The position numbers were made by a program, and so were the translations under genes. From an uncultured virus (IMG/VR IMGVR_UViG_3300027229_000005) (Duplodnaviria > Heunggongvirae > Uroviricota > Caudoviricetes): DNA of 64,000 nucleotides. The stretch lies in the IMG/VR virus record IMGVR_UViG_3300027229_000005. One strand, 5' to 3'. Below, one piece after another: positions 8,527-18,722 of this stretch; position 1 is the stretch's first letter; each line of letters begins with the position of its first letter. The notes below the pieces were generated by a model. That model searched no databases and had not been told where the DNA came from. It worked only from the letters and a program-made list of their open reading frames with translations.

Positions 8527-9734
8527 TGACTTTAGAAGAACTAAAGAATACTTCCCTAGATCGACTAGGAAAAGACGAGCTACAAAGCTTGGTGGACTAT
8601 TATCAAAAAGAGTCCGCCAAGTTTACGGCTTATGAGCAAGCGGTTAAGGTAACGCTAAACTCAGTTTACGGTGCATTTGGTAATAAGTGGTTTCACTTCT
8701 TTAATCTAGATATTGCCGAATCAATTACCTTACAGGGTCAAAACGCTATCCTGTATTCTGAACAAGTATTAAATAAGTACTTTCATGATTTTTGGCATAA
8801 AGACACTAAGTTACACGAACACATCGGCGTAACAGTTAAAGGACAATGCCACCGCCCATCTGTAATTTACATTGATACTGATTCGTGCTACGTACAGTTC
8901 GATGAGATGTATAAAACATGTGAATGGACAGGAGAACCGATGACCATTGATACATTCATCCTAGCAGTATACAATTTTAGAATTAAAGAGTATATTGTTA
9001 AAGCAATGGAAAAGTATGCAGTAGCAGCCAACACCGATAACTTCTTAGTTTTTGAGCTAGAAACAGTGGCCTACTCTGGCATTTGGATGAGTAAGAAAAA
9101 GTACATTCAGGATATTGCGTGGGATGATAAGATTCCTACGACTGAACGCCATAAGCCACTGAGTAAAGTAAAGACCATTGGATTTGATACCATTCAATCC
9201 TCTACTCCTACGTTTGCTAGGGCTAAATTAACAGAGGCCCTTAAGATTATGTTTAATGAAGAGGCTGGCCCTACAGCAGACACCCTTCAAAAACTTACAT
9301 CATTCTTAAGCGAAGCCAAGAAGCAGTTCAAGATGGCCAAGCTCGATGAAATTGCGTTCAATAAGAGAACAAATAACATTGAAAGATATATTGTTGATGA
9401 TCATATTGAATTTCAGTTTGGTCTAAAGTGTCCGCCCAACGTAAAGGCTGCAGGATATTACAACTTCTTGTTGAACAACAACCAAAAATTCAAATCAAAG
9501 TATCGACTGATTGGTAATGGTGAGAAGTTGAAGATCTATCACGCAATTGATCCAGGTGGAATTTCAGACGTATTTGCATACCTTCCAGGAGATCATCCTT
9601 ATGAATTTGCGCCACAGGTTGATTACGAAACACAGTTTGAAAAATCAATCATTGATCCCTTGAATCGATTGTTAACGTCAGTTGGATTACAGTCCATTAA
9701 TCGTAATCTAATTTACTCAACTTCTTTGTTCTAA
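8526..9734 (+). CDS. family B DNA polymerase, C-terminal subunit (second finger helix, palm, thumb; gp43B-like)
   Basis: Motif B KVTLNSVYGAFGN, ITLQGQ, motif C YIDTDS, KKKY, and a C-terminal SLF clamp-binding-like tail. Confidence 0.9.
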   Translation: MTLEELKNTSLDRLGKDELQSLVDYYQKESAKFTAYEQAVKVTLNSVYGAFGNKWFHFFNLDIAESITLQGQNAILYSEQVLNKYFHDFWHKDTKLHEHIGVTVKGQCHRPSVIYIDTDSCYVQFDEMYKTCEWTGEPMTIDTFILAVYNFRIKEYIVKAMEKYAVAANTDNFLVFELETVAYSGIWMSKKKYIQDIAWDDKIPTTERHKPLSKVKTIGFDTIQSSTPTFARAKLTEALKIMFNEEAGPTADTLQKLTSFLSEAKKQFKMAKLDEIAFNKRTNNIERYIVDDHIEFQFGLKCPPNVKAAGYYNFLLNNNQKFKSKYRLIGNGEKLKIYHAIDPGGISDVFAYLPGDHPYEFAPQVDYETQFEKSIIDPLNRLLTSVGLQSINRNLIYSTSLF

Positions 9735-9775
9735 ACAAAACACATTCACGTAGTATAAATTAAAATACACTAATC

Positions 9776-9904
9776 ATGGAAGATAATAAACTCATGACCC
9801 AATTAGTTGAACTTCACACTGAAAATCCAAACGACATGGAATTTGGAGCATCTGTTCGCAAACTAGTATGGGATTACATCCAGCAAAACAGTCCAGCTTA
9901 CTAA
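9776..9904 (+). CDS. 42-aa hypothetical protein (not in the ORF track)
   Basis: ATG9776-TAA9904, MEDNKLMTQLVELHTENPNDMEFGASVRKLVW...; directly downstream of a class A promoter motif. Confidence 0.6.
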   Translation: MEDNKLMTQLVELHTENPNDMEFGASVRKLVWDYIQQNSPAY

Positions 9905-9908
9905 AAAT

Positions 9909-10118
9909 ATGGCACTCAGACCAAGAGACCTTGAAGGTCTATCACAAAACGAAATATTCTTTGTTGAACGATATGATTTCATTTACCGTGAGTTGAATCG
10001 TCTACAGGATAACATGTCAAAGATTGAAATCGAGACAGGTAAACTATTAACAGAGCTTCAAGCTCTTCGAGAAAAAGAACAACAAACCCTAGAAAACAAT
10101 GGCGAAGAAATTAACTGA
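9909..10118 (+). CDS. small coiled-coil hypothetical protein
   Basis: 69-aa ORF with a heptad pattern, overlapping the uvsX start. Confidence 0.65.
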   Translation: MALRPRDLEGLSQNEIFFVERYDFIYRELNRLQDNMSKIEIETGKLLTELQALREKEQQTLENNGEEIN

Positions 10119-11223
10119 ATTCACATTTGAAGATCTTAACGCAGAGTTGAAGGACATCAATCCGTTAGGTTCTATCATGGAACACTCTTCTTTTAGTGAA
10201 GTTACAGAGTGGATCGACACCGGCAACTATAACCTGAACGCATGTATCTCAGGGTCTGTGTTTGGCGGATGGCCAAATAATAGAGCATGTTCGGTTGCTG
10301 GTCCTTCAGGAACGGGTAAGACATATTTGATGTTGAACACGGTGAAGAGGGCAATTGACATGGGCTACAGTATCATCTATTATGATTCTGAAGCTGCGGT
10401 GGATCGAGATCAAATGAAGAAGTTTGGCATTGATACAAACAAAGTTAACTATCAACCCGTTAATACGGTTCAAGATTTCCGTACTTCAGTCACCCGCATC
10501 ACCAAGAAAATGCAAGATGCAAAAGCATCAGGCGCAGAATTGCCTAAGATCCTAATTATTCTTGATTCTGCCGGTAACCTTGCAACCGCAAAGGAAATTG
10601 ACGATGCTGCATCGGGGTCTGATAAGTCGGATATGACACGTTCAAAGGTTCTAAAGTCAATCTTTAGAATTATCATGACTCCGATGGCAGATCTAAAGAT
10701 TCCTTTCTTGTTCACCAACCACACATATCAATCACAATCCTTTATCCCAACTCAAATTGCAGGTGGAGGTACAGGTCCTGAATATGCAGCGTCAATCGTT
10801 TTATTCTTGAACAAGGCACAATTGAAAGAAGGAGATCAGAAAGCAGGTATTATCGTTACTGCGTCACCTAACAAGAACCGTTTCGCTAAACCTTCAAAGA
10901 TCAAGTTTCACTTGCACTTCTCTAAAGGCATGAACCGTTACGTTGGTCTTGAAAACTACGTATCATGGGATATTTGCGGTGTCGATCGAGGAACTATCGA
11001 TCCTAAGACCGGTGAGAAGATCTTAAAGAAAACTGCACGCACTTGGGTTTGTGAACACCTTGACGAAGCAGTCGATAACAAAGACTTCTTCACTGATAAG
11101 GTATTCACGACTGAGGTTCTAAAGAGAATCGATGCACACATTCAACCGATCTTCAACTACAATATGGAAGAGATCGAAGATATAAACATTGATGAGATCT
11201 TAGAAGATGTTGCTAACGATTAA
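10099..11223 (+). CDS. uvsX: RecA-like recombinase
   Basis: IDTGNYNLN, Walker A GPSGTGKT, YYDSEAA, IILDSAG, TNHTY, GGGTGPEYAAS, KNRF. Confidence 0.92.
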   Translation: MAKKLTEFTFEDLNAELKDINPLGSIMEHSSFSEVTEWIDTGNYNLNACISGSVFGGWPNNRACSVAGPSGTGKTYLMLNTVKRAIDMGYSIIYYDSEAAVDRDQMKKFGIDTNKVNYQPVNTVQDFRTSVTRITKKMQDAKASGAELPKILIILDSAGNLATAKEIDDAASGSDKSDMTRSKVLKSIFRIIMTPMADLKIPFLFTNHTYQSQSFIPTQIAGGGTGPEYAASIVLFLNKAQLKEGDQKAGIIVTASPNKNRFAKPSKIKFHLHFSKGMNRYVGLENYVSWDICGVDRGTIDPKTGEKILKKTARTWVCEHLDEAVDNKDFFTDKVFTTEVLKRIDAHIQPIFNYNMEEIEDINIDEILEDVAND

Positions 11224-11512
11224 CGAAGATCGTCTCCCAATTAAATTTATCCTAGGGATTGAAAAGGATCTGGAAAGTTATCCAGATCCTTTTGACATCT
11301 TACATTTCTATATCAATCTGGCCTATCGTAATCCAGATCGTTATAAGGATAGTTTTACCAAACATGCTGTAGTCCAATATCACTTCAAAGACTTTTCACC
11401 AGAAGTGATCGATGCATCTCTAAATAAACTATTAGAAGAAGGTTATTTAGAACAGACTAAAGATCAACCGGGCAAAGAAGCCTACAAAATTATAATAAAT
11501 CCATTCGAATGA
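11207..11512 (+). CDS. hypothetical protein, possible winged helix
   Basis: 101 aa ending in a helix (LNKLLEEGYLEQ) plus a beta hairpin. Confidence 0.6.
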   Translation: MLLTINEDRLPIKFILGIEKDLESYPDPFDILHFYINLAYRNPDRYKDSFTKHAVVQYHFKDFSPEVIDASLNKLLEEGYLEQTKDQPGKEAYKIIINPFE

Positions 11513-12084
11513 TTGTAGTAATTGATAACTTCGTAAAAGATGAAATGTTGCTTAAAGATATTGCAGCTGATCAAACTTTTTTTGCCGATCCCGGTGTTTA
11601 TTATTACTGGGGAGGATGGTGGGATTCATCAGCTAATACAATTAAGAAAAGATTGATTGAATATATTTGGGGACATAATTGTCCAATCAATGAGAGCTTT
11701 AATATCAATGGATTTGAATATTGGACTGGAATTCAAACTGCTAATCCAGAAAAAGGATTCAAAAATATTCTTGGAAATCATTACGATAAAGATGAAGCTT
11801 GGTTTGAAAAAACTGGTGCTATTGTGATTCCATTAATAGGAACAGTATATTATCCAGCAGGTCAAGAATTTGAAGGTGGAGAATTAGCAATTTACACAGA
11901 CGGAGTGAACTCTCCACCTGAGATCGTAAAGGCTAAACCTAATCGATTAATTATCTTTGGAGCAGGCAATTATGTTCATGAAGTTAAACCAGTAACGAGT
12001 GGAACTCGACATGCAATTGCAATTAATCTATGGGAAAATGAACCATATAGTAAACAAGTTGGTCAATTTCGTATAGAAGCCTAA
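11509..12084 (+). CDS. 2OG-Fe(II) oxygenase (prolyl-4-hydroxylase-like)
   Basis: HYD, FEGGEL, PNRLIIF, HEVKPVTSGTR. Confidence 0.85.
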   Translation: MIVVIDNFVKDEMLLKDIAADQTFFADPGVYYYWGGWWDSSANTIKKRLIEYIWGHNCPINESFNINGFEYWTGIQTANPEKGFKNILGNHYDKDEAWFEKTGAIVIPLIGTVYYPAGQEFEGGELAIYTDGVNSPPEIVKAKPNRLIIFGAGNYVHEVKPVTSGTRHAIAINLWENEPYSKQVGQFRIEA

Positions 12085-12097
12085 AATATACTCAATA

Positions 12098-13411
12098 ATG
12101 CAGTTCGGTCAAGATTTTGAAAAGATATTCTTTAAGCTATCTCTACAGAGGGTAAAGTATTTAGATACCATCAAGGGTGGTTTCTACACTTCTGAAGAGA
12201 TTGATCACTTATCTAAATTAGCTCACAAGTTCTACGAGCGGTTTCACGAGACTCCTTCTAAGGATCAGATGAAGCTACTCGTTAAGAGTTCAAAGCAAAA
12301 AGAAAAGGTAAGTGATGAAATGATTGACCTCATCTATGATGTCAATCTACATGAATACGATGACGAATGGTTGACCTCAACCGCAGAGTCTTGGATCAAA
12401 TGGCGCAACTTCAATGAATCTCTCGCAGATTCAATCGAGTTCATTAAGACCACTACAGTTACACCTGAAAACGTTGATGCTTTAGTCAATAAGTTTAAAG
12501 GTCTAATCAATGACCGTAACTCAATTAACTTTGATTCTAACCTGGGTCTAGACTTCTTTGACCCTAATGCCCACGATCAAAAAGAAACTGAAAAGGTAAG
12601 TTCGGGTTACAACTTTATTGACCGTCTTCTTGGCGGTGGATATGATAGAGGTGGTAACTTAATTGTTTACGTTGGTGAACAAAACATCGGTAAGTCAATC
12701 TTTCTAGCGAATGATGCTGCAACCGCTGTTAAAATGGGTCACAACACTGCGGTCATTACTGCAGAAATGGCGGACCATAAGTTTGTAAAACGTATTGGTT
12801 CAAACCTTCTATCAATTCCAATCAACGAGTACCAGGAAAAGTCAAAGAATAAGGACTACATTCAACGTAGATTGGAAACTGTTGGTAATGGTCTAACTCC
12901 TCCTGGAAATCTATTCGTTAAACAGTTTCCAACTTCACAGGCGACGGTTCTCGATATTGAATCGTACCTCAAACAAGTTGAAGAAGAAAAGAAAGTAAAA
13001 CTAAATGTAATCGTAATTGACTACATTAACATTCTTTCAAATTACAGAAATCCAAACTCGGAGAACACCTATCTGAAAATCAAACAGATCGCTGAAGATC
13101 TTCGTGCAATGGGAGTTCGTAACAATTGGCTAATTGTTACAGCGACACAGATCACGCGTTCAGGATATAATGCATCTGACATCTCAATGTCTGACGTTGC
13201 GGAATCTGCAGGTCTATCACACACTGCAGATGTAATGTTGGGTATTATTCAAGATGATTTGATGCGAGCGAACTTTGAGTACTGGTTGAAAATCCTAAAG
13301 ATCAGAGATGGTGAAGGTAAGGGTACAAAATGTAGGTTGATAATCAACTATAATATGATGAGACTAAACGAAACCGAGGACATCACCGGTTCAAACATAC
13401 ATACACTATAA
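12098..13411 (+). CDS. replicative DnaB-like helicase (gp41-like)
   Basis: GEQNIGKS, ITAEM, VIVIDYINI, TATQITRSG, AESAGLSHTAD, LKIRDG. Confidence 0.92.
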   Translation: MQFGQDFEKIFFKLSLQRVKYLDTIKGGFYTSEEIDHLSKLAHKFYERFHETPSKDQMKLLVKSSKQKEKVSDEMIDLIYDVNLHEYDDEWLTSTAESWIKWRNFNESLADSIEFIKTTTVTPENVDALVNKFKGLINDRNSINFDSNLGLDFFDPNAHDQKETEKVSSGYNFIDRLLGGGYDRGGNLIVYVGEQNIGKSIFLANDAATAVKMGHNTAVITAEMADHKFVKRIGSNLLSIPINEYQEKSKNKDYIQRRLETVGNGLTPPGNLFVKQFPTSQATVLDIESYLKQVEEEKKVKLNVIVIDYINILSNYRNPNSENTYLKIKQIAEDLRAMGVRNNWLIVTATQITRSGYNASDISMSDVAESAGLSHTADVMLGIIQDDLMRANFEYWLKILKIRDGEGKGTKCRLIINYNMMRLNETEDITGSNIHTL

Positions 13412-13414
13412 GAT

Positions 13415-13861
13415 ATGTCACGCGAAAGACACGATAAAATATTTGACAACAACTTCGAATCAACTGAATTCGAATTGGATGGCTCCATGACCTTTAACCT
13501 CAGTCCACAATGGACTGATGATCGACCTGAAGAAGAAAAGATTCAACAGCGAATCCTACAGGAAAAGATTCACGCTCTAATTGAATCTTCACGATTCAAA
13601 ACCTTTAATGATCTAGACGAGTTCTCAGATTCACGTAAGTTGAAGAAGAACGACATCAATAGCGTTTATGATTACATTGAAGGAGAACTTGTACGTAACC
13701 ACTCTAGAATTGAAATCTTTTCTGAGTTATGCGATTACTTTAACGTTCACCCAACCAAGTTCTATAATTCCCTATCAAACACCTTTAAGGAGGGTTTGAT
13801 TGAAGAACTTGACAACAAAACAGGAATTCTTAAGAAGAAGAACATTAACCGATTATTCTAA
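13415..13861 (+). CDS. hypothetical protein
   Basis: 148-aa ORF coupled to the gp47-like gene. Confidence 0.75.
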   Translation: MSRERHDKIFDNNFESTEFELDGSMTFNLSPQWTDDRPEEEKIQQRILQEKIHALIESSRFKTFNDLDEFSDSRKLKKNDINSVYDYIEGELVRNHSRIEIFSELCDYFNVHPTKFYNSLSNTFKEGLIEELDNKTGILKKKNINRLF

Positions 13862-14985
13862 TGATCGATCAGAAAACACTTCAACAACCCGTTAAAAGGG
13901 TGTGGATCCTAGGTGATATGCACTTAGGGGTTCGTGCCAATTCTCAGGAGTGGTTGGAAATTCAACAGGACTTTTACGATAAGGTGTTTATTCCAACCCT
14001 TGAAAAGAACGTTCAACCTGGTGATGTGTTGGTTCAGGTTGGTGATGCATTTGACAATCGTCAGTCCATCAACCTAAAGGTTCTCCACTATGCAATCAAC
14101 CTGTTCGAAAGACTGGGTAAGATTCTACCTACACATGTTATTGTTGGTAACCACGACATTTGGGCCAAGAAATCTAATGACGTGTCTGCGATTGATTCAA
14201 TCAAGTGGATCCCAGGTGTACAGGTTTATAAAGACCCGATCGAATATAAGTGGTTAGACAAGAAGATCTTACTGATGCCATGGAGAAGAGACGTTGATCA
14301 TGAGTCTGAAACCCTCGCTGAGTTTCCTAACTCTAACATCGTTTTCTGTCACTCAGAAGTACGAGGCGTTGCATTGAATTCAAAGGTTAAGAATGAACAT
14401 GGGTCTGACTCTCAAAACTTTGATCGTTATGACGCAGTGTATTCAGGTCACATTCACTACCGTCAAAAGAAAGGACAACTCCGAATGGTTGGTACTCCGT
14501 ACCAACTAACCCGTTCAGATTCTGGAAACCCTAAAGGATTTGACCTGGTTGACTTGTCAACAATGGAAGAAACCTTCTTTGAGAACAAGTATTCACCCAA
14601 GTTTGTAAAGTACAACATTACTACACTGTACAATACCACTCTAGGTGACTTTAAGAAACACATTGACAATAACTTTGTTGATCTGTACATTCCAAGTTCG
14701 ATTGCACAGACTGCATCCCTTGGCACCCTAATTCAGAAGATTCAAAAGTCCGCTCGACGAATCGAACCCAACATCTATCAGGAACAAGACATCATCGACA
14801 AGGATCTGTATGATATGGATGAGATTGAAGGACAGTACAAAAATTATAACATCCAACACCTATTCAGAACCTACGTAGATGGGTTACCTCATGACGATGA
14901 AATGAAACAAAAGATACATCAGACTCTAAAAGATCTACATGACAGATGTGTCTATAACTACGAGGTAAACACTGAGGAAGGATGA
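13861..14985 (+). CDS. Mre11/SbcD-like recombination nuclease (gp47-like)
   Basis: GDMHLG, GDAFDNR, GNHD, SGHIH metallophosphoesterase motifs. Confidence 0.92.
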   Translation: MIDQKTLQQPVKRVWILGDMHLGVRANSQEWLEIQQDFYDKVFIPTLEKNVQPGDVLVQVGDAFDNRQSINLKVLHYAINLFERLGKILPTHVIVGNHDIWAKKSNDVSAIDSIKWIPGVQVYKDPIEYKWLDKKILLMPWRRDVDHESETLAEFPNSNIVFCHSEVRGVALNSKVKNEHGSDSQNFDRYDAVYSGHIHYRQKKGQLRMVGTPYQLTRSDSGNPKGFDLVDLSTMEETFFENKYSPKFVKYNITTLYNTTLGDFKKHIDNNFVDLYIPSSIAQTASLGTLIQKIQKSARRIEPNIYQEQDIIDKDLYDMDEIEGQYKNYNIQHLFRTYVDGLPHDDEMKQKIHQTLKDLHDRCVYNYEVNTEEG

Positions 14986-16655
14986 AGATTAAGTCGATAG
15001 AGTTTAAGAACATCGCATCTTACGGAAACAAGGTTCAAAAGATTGAATTCTCTGACGATAAGGCGGAGTTGTATTTGACCCTGGGTAAAAACGGTGACGG
15101 TAAGACCACCATTGCGAATGCAATCATCTTTGCCCTGTATGGTAAGGTTGAAGGTGTTCGAATGTCAGATCTTCCAAACCGTATTAACCGTGAATTATGG
15201 GTTCGTATCAAACTTCAGTGTGGTACGATGGACATTGAGATTGAACGTGGTCTTGCACCCTCTAGGTTCTCAGTCCTAGTTAATGGGGTTGAGTTTGACA
15301 AAGCGGGTAAGAGATCAGTTCAAGAGTATCTTGAAGAAGAGGTGTATGGAATTCCATATCACGTATTCAAGAACATTATTATCCTATCAATCAACGACTT
15401 TAAATCCTTCTTGACCATGTCCCCAATGGACAAGAAACAGATCATTGACCGTATGTTTGGGTTCTCAATCCTGAACGACATGCAACGAACCGTTAAGGAG
15501 GAACGTAAGAACCTAAAGACGGATATTGATTCGTATGACACTGAACTGCGACAGATTGAAGAATCAATCGTTCAGGTTAAAATGAAGTTGAATCAATTAC
15601 AAGCGGAGAGTGATGAAAAGTCCAAGGGTCAGATTGAAAAATTAAAGTCACAACTGGTAAAGTTTGATGACAATCGTAAGAAACTTGAAGAGGCAAGAGA
15701 TCAGATCACTGACAGGATTGGCACGTTTGAAACTGATCTTGAAACCAAGACCTCAAGTTACACCAAACTAAAGTACGAACTTGAATCTGCGAAGAGAAAA
15801 CTGTCCCTATACGAGAACAACACCTGTCCAACTTGTGAAGCACCTTTAGATTCTGAATTTCACGTTCACAAGAAAAAGGAGTACAAAGACCGAGTTAATG
15901 AAACTCCAGAACAACTTCAAAAGGCGGAACAAGAGGTTCAATTAATCAAACAAAAGATTAATGATACTCGTGTTAAAGAACGTGCGGTCTTAGATAAGGT
16001 TTCAACCCTGAATACCAACATTCGTTCAATCAAGAATGAGTTGATTAAGATCAAAGAAACGGTTGGGGCATCAGAACAGTTTGAATCCTTGAACTCCCTA
16101 ATTCGTGAGTTTGAAGACCAAGAGGTTCAAAAGAGTCAGGATAAGTCTAAACACTCTAATGATTATCAGTTCTTAGAGTTGATTGAATCAATCCTAGGTG
16201 AAGACGGTGTGAAGAATCTAGCGGTTAAGACTATTCTACCTGGATTGAACACCAACATCGCTGCAATGGCGAACACAATGCACCTTCCGTTCCACATTCG
16301 ATTCAATGACAAGTTTGATTGTATCATTACCAATCACGGTGAAGAGGTTAACCCAATGACCCTATCAACCGGTGAACGTAAGAAGGCGGATTTCATTATC
16401 ATCATTGCCATCATCAAGATCCTAAAACTCAGATTCCCACAATTGAACCTTCTATTCCTTGACGAATTGTTGAGTTCTGTTGACCAGGATGGTGTTTACA
16501 ACATCTTGAAGATTCTATCACAGGTGATCAAAGAAAACCAGATCAACACCTTTGTTATCAATCACACCGTTCTACCTCACGAAATCTTTGACAAAAAGTT
16601 ACAGATCTATCGTGATAACGGGTTCTCGAAGTTCGAGATAGAGTCCATCGAATAA
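14982..16655 (+). CDS. Rad50/SbcC-like ATPase (gp46-like)
   Basis: FKNIASYGN, GKNGDGKTT, zinc hook CPTC, signature LSTGE, LFLDE. Confidence 0.93.
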   Translation: MKIKSIEFKNIASYGNKVQKIEFSDDKAELYLTLGKNGDGKTTIANAIIFALYGKVEGVRMSDLPNRINRELWVRIKLQCGTMDIEIERGLAPSRFSVLVNGVEFDKAGKRSVQEYLEEEVYGIPYHVFKNIIILSINDFKSFLTMSPMDKKQIIDRMFGFSILNDMQRTVKEERKNLKTDIDSYDTELRQIEESIVQVKMKLNQLQAESDEKSKGQIEKLKSQLVKFDDNRKKLEEARDQITDRIGTFETDLETKTSSYTKLKYELESAKRKLSLYENNTCPTCEAPLDSEFHVHKKKEYKDRVNETPEQLQKAEQEVQLIKQKINDTRVKERAVLDKVSTLNTNIRSIKNELIKIKETVGASEQFESLNSLIREFEDQEVQKSQDKSKHSNDYQFLELIESILGEDGVKNLAVKTILPGLNTNIAAMANTMHLPFHIRFNDKFDCIITNHGEEVNPMTLSTGERKKADFIIIIAIIKILKLRFPQLNLLFLDELLSSVDQDGVYNILKILSQVIKENQINTFVINHTVLPHEIFDKKLQIYRDNGFSKFEIESIE

Positions 16656-16667
16656 GATATATAGTGT

Positions 16668-17456
16668 ATGGCAACATACAACGTAAAGTACAACAAGGAT
16701 GACAGTGTTATTAGACACTTGATCATCGGACTTCTTGCAGACCTTAACAACAAAGTTTACTTCTATCGTCAGATGGATGCAGATACTCGAGTTGAGGTTG
16801 ACGTGCCATTCTATTACTCTATTTCTGGAGATGAAGACTTTTTAAAGGATCAGTTTCTGTTCTTAACCAAGGACGGTTTGAACTGTGCTCCAGGAGATGT
16901 TAGAGCGGATGGCAATTATGACATTGTTCCAAGAGGTGTTGCAAACCTAACTTCAATGTCAATTGATTCTTCTAAACTGGTTAACAAGAGAACCAGGGGT
17001 GAATACGCTAAGATGAACGATCAAGGTGCTATGGAAGGTTACACAGCGGAGTTTGAGATGATTCCGGTCAATCTTTCATTTGATATTGAGATTATTACTT
17101 CCTCACAACTAGATAACTTTAAGATCACTGAGATGATCATTAAAAGGTTGTATAAGTCAAACTACTTTAACGTCGAGGTTGGCCACTTAGATGAAGGCAC
17201 ATATAGAATCTCTTCATACTATGCAATGCCCGAGGACTACACAACCGAGAGACCAATTGAATTTACATTCGACTCTAAAGAAGGTTACAAAATTACTTTC
17301 TCAGTTGAAGTTAGTTCATTCATTCCATCGTTTGAATTTGAAACTGAAATGCACATTGGTAACAGAATGTTTGAAATTCATTCTTACACCACTGAAACTG
17401 CGCCCGACAGGTTCGATAGAACTAATGTATCCAATCCCCCGGGCATCGTAGATTAA
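16668..17456 (+). CDS. probable tail terminator / sheath stabiliser (gp15-like)
   Basis: VPFYY, PRG-x-LTSMSIDSSK and IPVNLSFDIEI patterns; late motif upstream. Confidence 0.6.
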   Translation: MATYNVKYNKDDSVIRHLIIGLLADLNNKVYFYRQMDADTRVEVDVPFYYSISGDEDFLKDQFLFLTKDGLNCAPGDVRADGNYDIVPRGVANLTSMSIDSSKLVNKRTRGEYAKMNDQGAMEGYTAEFEMIPVNLSFDIEIITSSQLDNFKITEMIIKRLYKSNYFNVEVGHLDEGTYRISSYYAMPEDYTTERPIEFTFDSKEGYKITFSVEVSSFIPSFEFETEMHIGNRMFEIHSYTTETAPDRFDRTNVSNPPGIVD

Positions 17457-17494
17457 CTGATATATAGTTAAAGATTAAAATAAATCACTCAAAG

Positions 17495-18262
17495 ATGATT
17501 ATTTCACCATTTTTCCAACTAAGCGAGAATCAAGTTCTAGTTGCAGTAAGAAACCTACCTTATGTAGTTAACACTGAAACTAACGAGATCTCAGAAGCAG
17601 AAGGTCAAATCCCTTCAGAATTTACAAGACTTGTTGAAGCTCTTTCAGCATTCAGATTTGAAAACAATGAAATCAGATGGTTTCATGGAGTTAACAGAAT
17701 GAGATACTCGATCGAAGAAGGCAAGTTCTTCTTGGGTAATAGCGAGATTTTATCTGAATCTTTCGTTAATCACGTTTTGGCAGCCGGTGTCATTAGATAC
17801 GAACATAAAGAGACCGCTGAGCTATTCGTTGAAGCAGCTTCTAACGTTGATAAGTACATCGCTCTAGATTTCGTTCAGACATTTGAAAATGCTAATAACG
17901 TTGTAGATCTATTCAAACTAGAAGAAAACGTTTACACATCTACGTTCAACAAATCTACAAGAATGCAGAAGTTCACAAGAGTTAACACTGCAAATACAGC
18001 GATTGAGTACGTAACTGAAAAGACTGGTCTTGACGCTTCAATGTTCCTATCTAATCTATTAGAAGGTGAAGCAGCTGATAGAGTTGTAACTCTTAAGAAG
18101 ATCGAAAATCTAGAAGAAATGATTCACTTCTTAAAGGATCAGAGAAATCTTCTAGCTGACGCAGACAGATCTATCGATGAAATCAAAGCAGCTGATGCTC
18201 TGATTGAAGGTGAGATCAAGAAGATTGAGGCAGATATTGCCGAAGTCAAATCTGCACTTTAA
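17495..18262 (+). CDS. hypothetical late (probably virion) protein
   Basis: 255 aa, late motif at 17459, AGA/CTA-rich codons, C-terminal coiled coil. Confidence 0.7.
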   Translation: MIISPFFQLSENQVLVAVRNLPYVVNTETNEISEAEGQIPSEFTRLVEALSAFRFENNEIRWFHGVNRMRYSIEEGKFFLGNSEILSESFVNHVLAAGVIRYEHKETAELFVEAASNVDKYIALDFVQTFENANNVVDLFKLEENVYTSTFNKSTRMQKFTRVNTANTAIEYVTEKTGLDASMFLSNLLEGEAADRVVTLKKIENLEEMIHFLKDQRNLLADADRSIDEIKAADALIEGEIKKIEADIAEVKSAL

Positions 18263-18281
18263 TTTACTTTAACCCTACACG

Positions 18282-18312
18282 AAAAGGCCAGGAATAAACT
18301 TTCTGGCCTTTT
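18282..18312. terminator. A/T-flanked hairpin (likely terminator) whose loop is TAAAC
   Basis: AAAAGGCCAGGAA-TAAAC-TTTCTGGCCTTTT, 13-bp stem with one G-T pair. Confidence 0.75.
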
Positions 18313-18350
18313 AGGTGTATAAAAGGTATCAAATAATACACAACACAACA

Positions 18351-18722
18351 GTGGCTAGAAATTATCTTAATAACAAGGATCTTTACAACGAGATCGTTAA
18401 GTCAAAAGATCAGGACAAATTAACTTCTGATGCTGAAAAAATGCTGATGCTTTTGGCGGATCGAGCCATTCGTAAAATGAAATACGTCTACGATGAAGAT
18501 CGAGAGGACTGTCTTCAGTTTGCGCTACTAGATATGTTGAAGTATTGGAGAAACTTCAATCCACAATACCCTAATGCATTTGCATATTTTACAGAGATTG
18601 CAAAGCGAGGTTATGCAAAGGGTTGGAATAAGATTCATCCACAAAAGTATAAGGGCACACTTTCAATCGATCGTGCAGGTTATAGAACCGAAGATGGAGA
18701 AGGTGGAATTTACACAATTTAA
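18351..18722 (+). CDS. late-transcription sigma factor (gp55-like); probable GTG start at 18351
   Basis: NYLNNKDLY, EDREDC and NFNP..PNAFAYFTEIA motifs; the upstream start at 18315 overlaps the promoter TATAA. Confidence 0.85.
   Translation: MARNYLNNKDLYNEIVKSKDQDKLTSDAEKMLMLLADRAIRKMKYVYDEDREDCLQFALLDMLKYWRNFNPQYPNAFAYFTEIAKRGYAKGWNKIHPQKYKGTLSIDRAGYRTEDGEGGIYTI

Noticed and set aside
4600..8700. Split intein or intron explaining the polymerase break
   Set aside because: No intein N-terminal Cys block or HN-C/S/T junction; the intervening DNA is three ordinary genes.
11509..12084. 2OG oxygenase as a prolyl hydroxylase for the collagen-like fibres
   Set aside because: The repeats contain almost no proline and the gene lies in the replication block.
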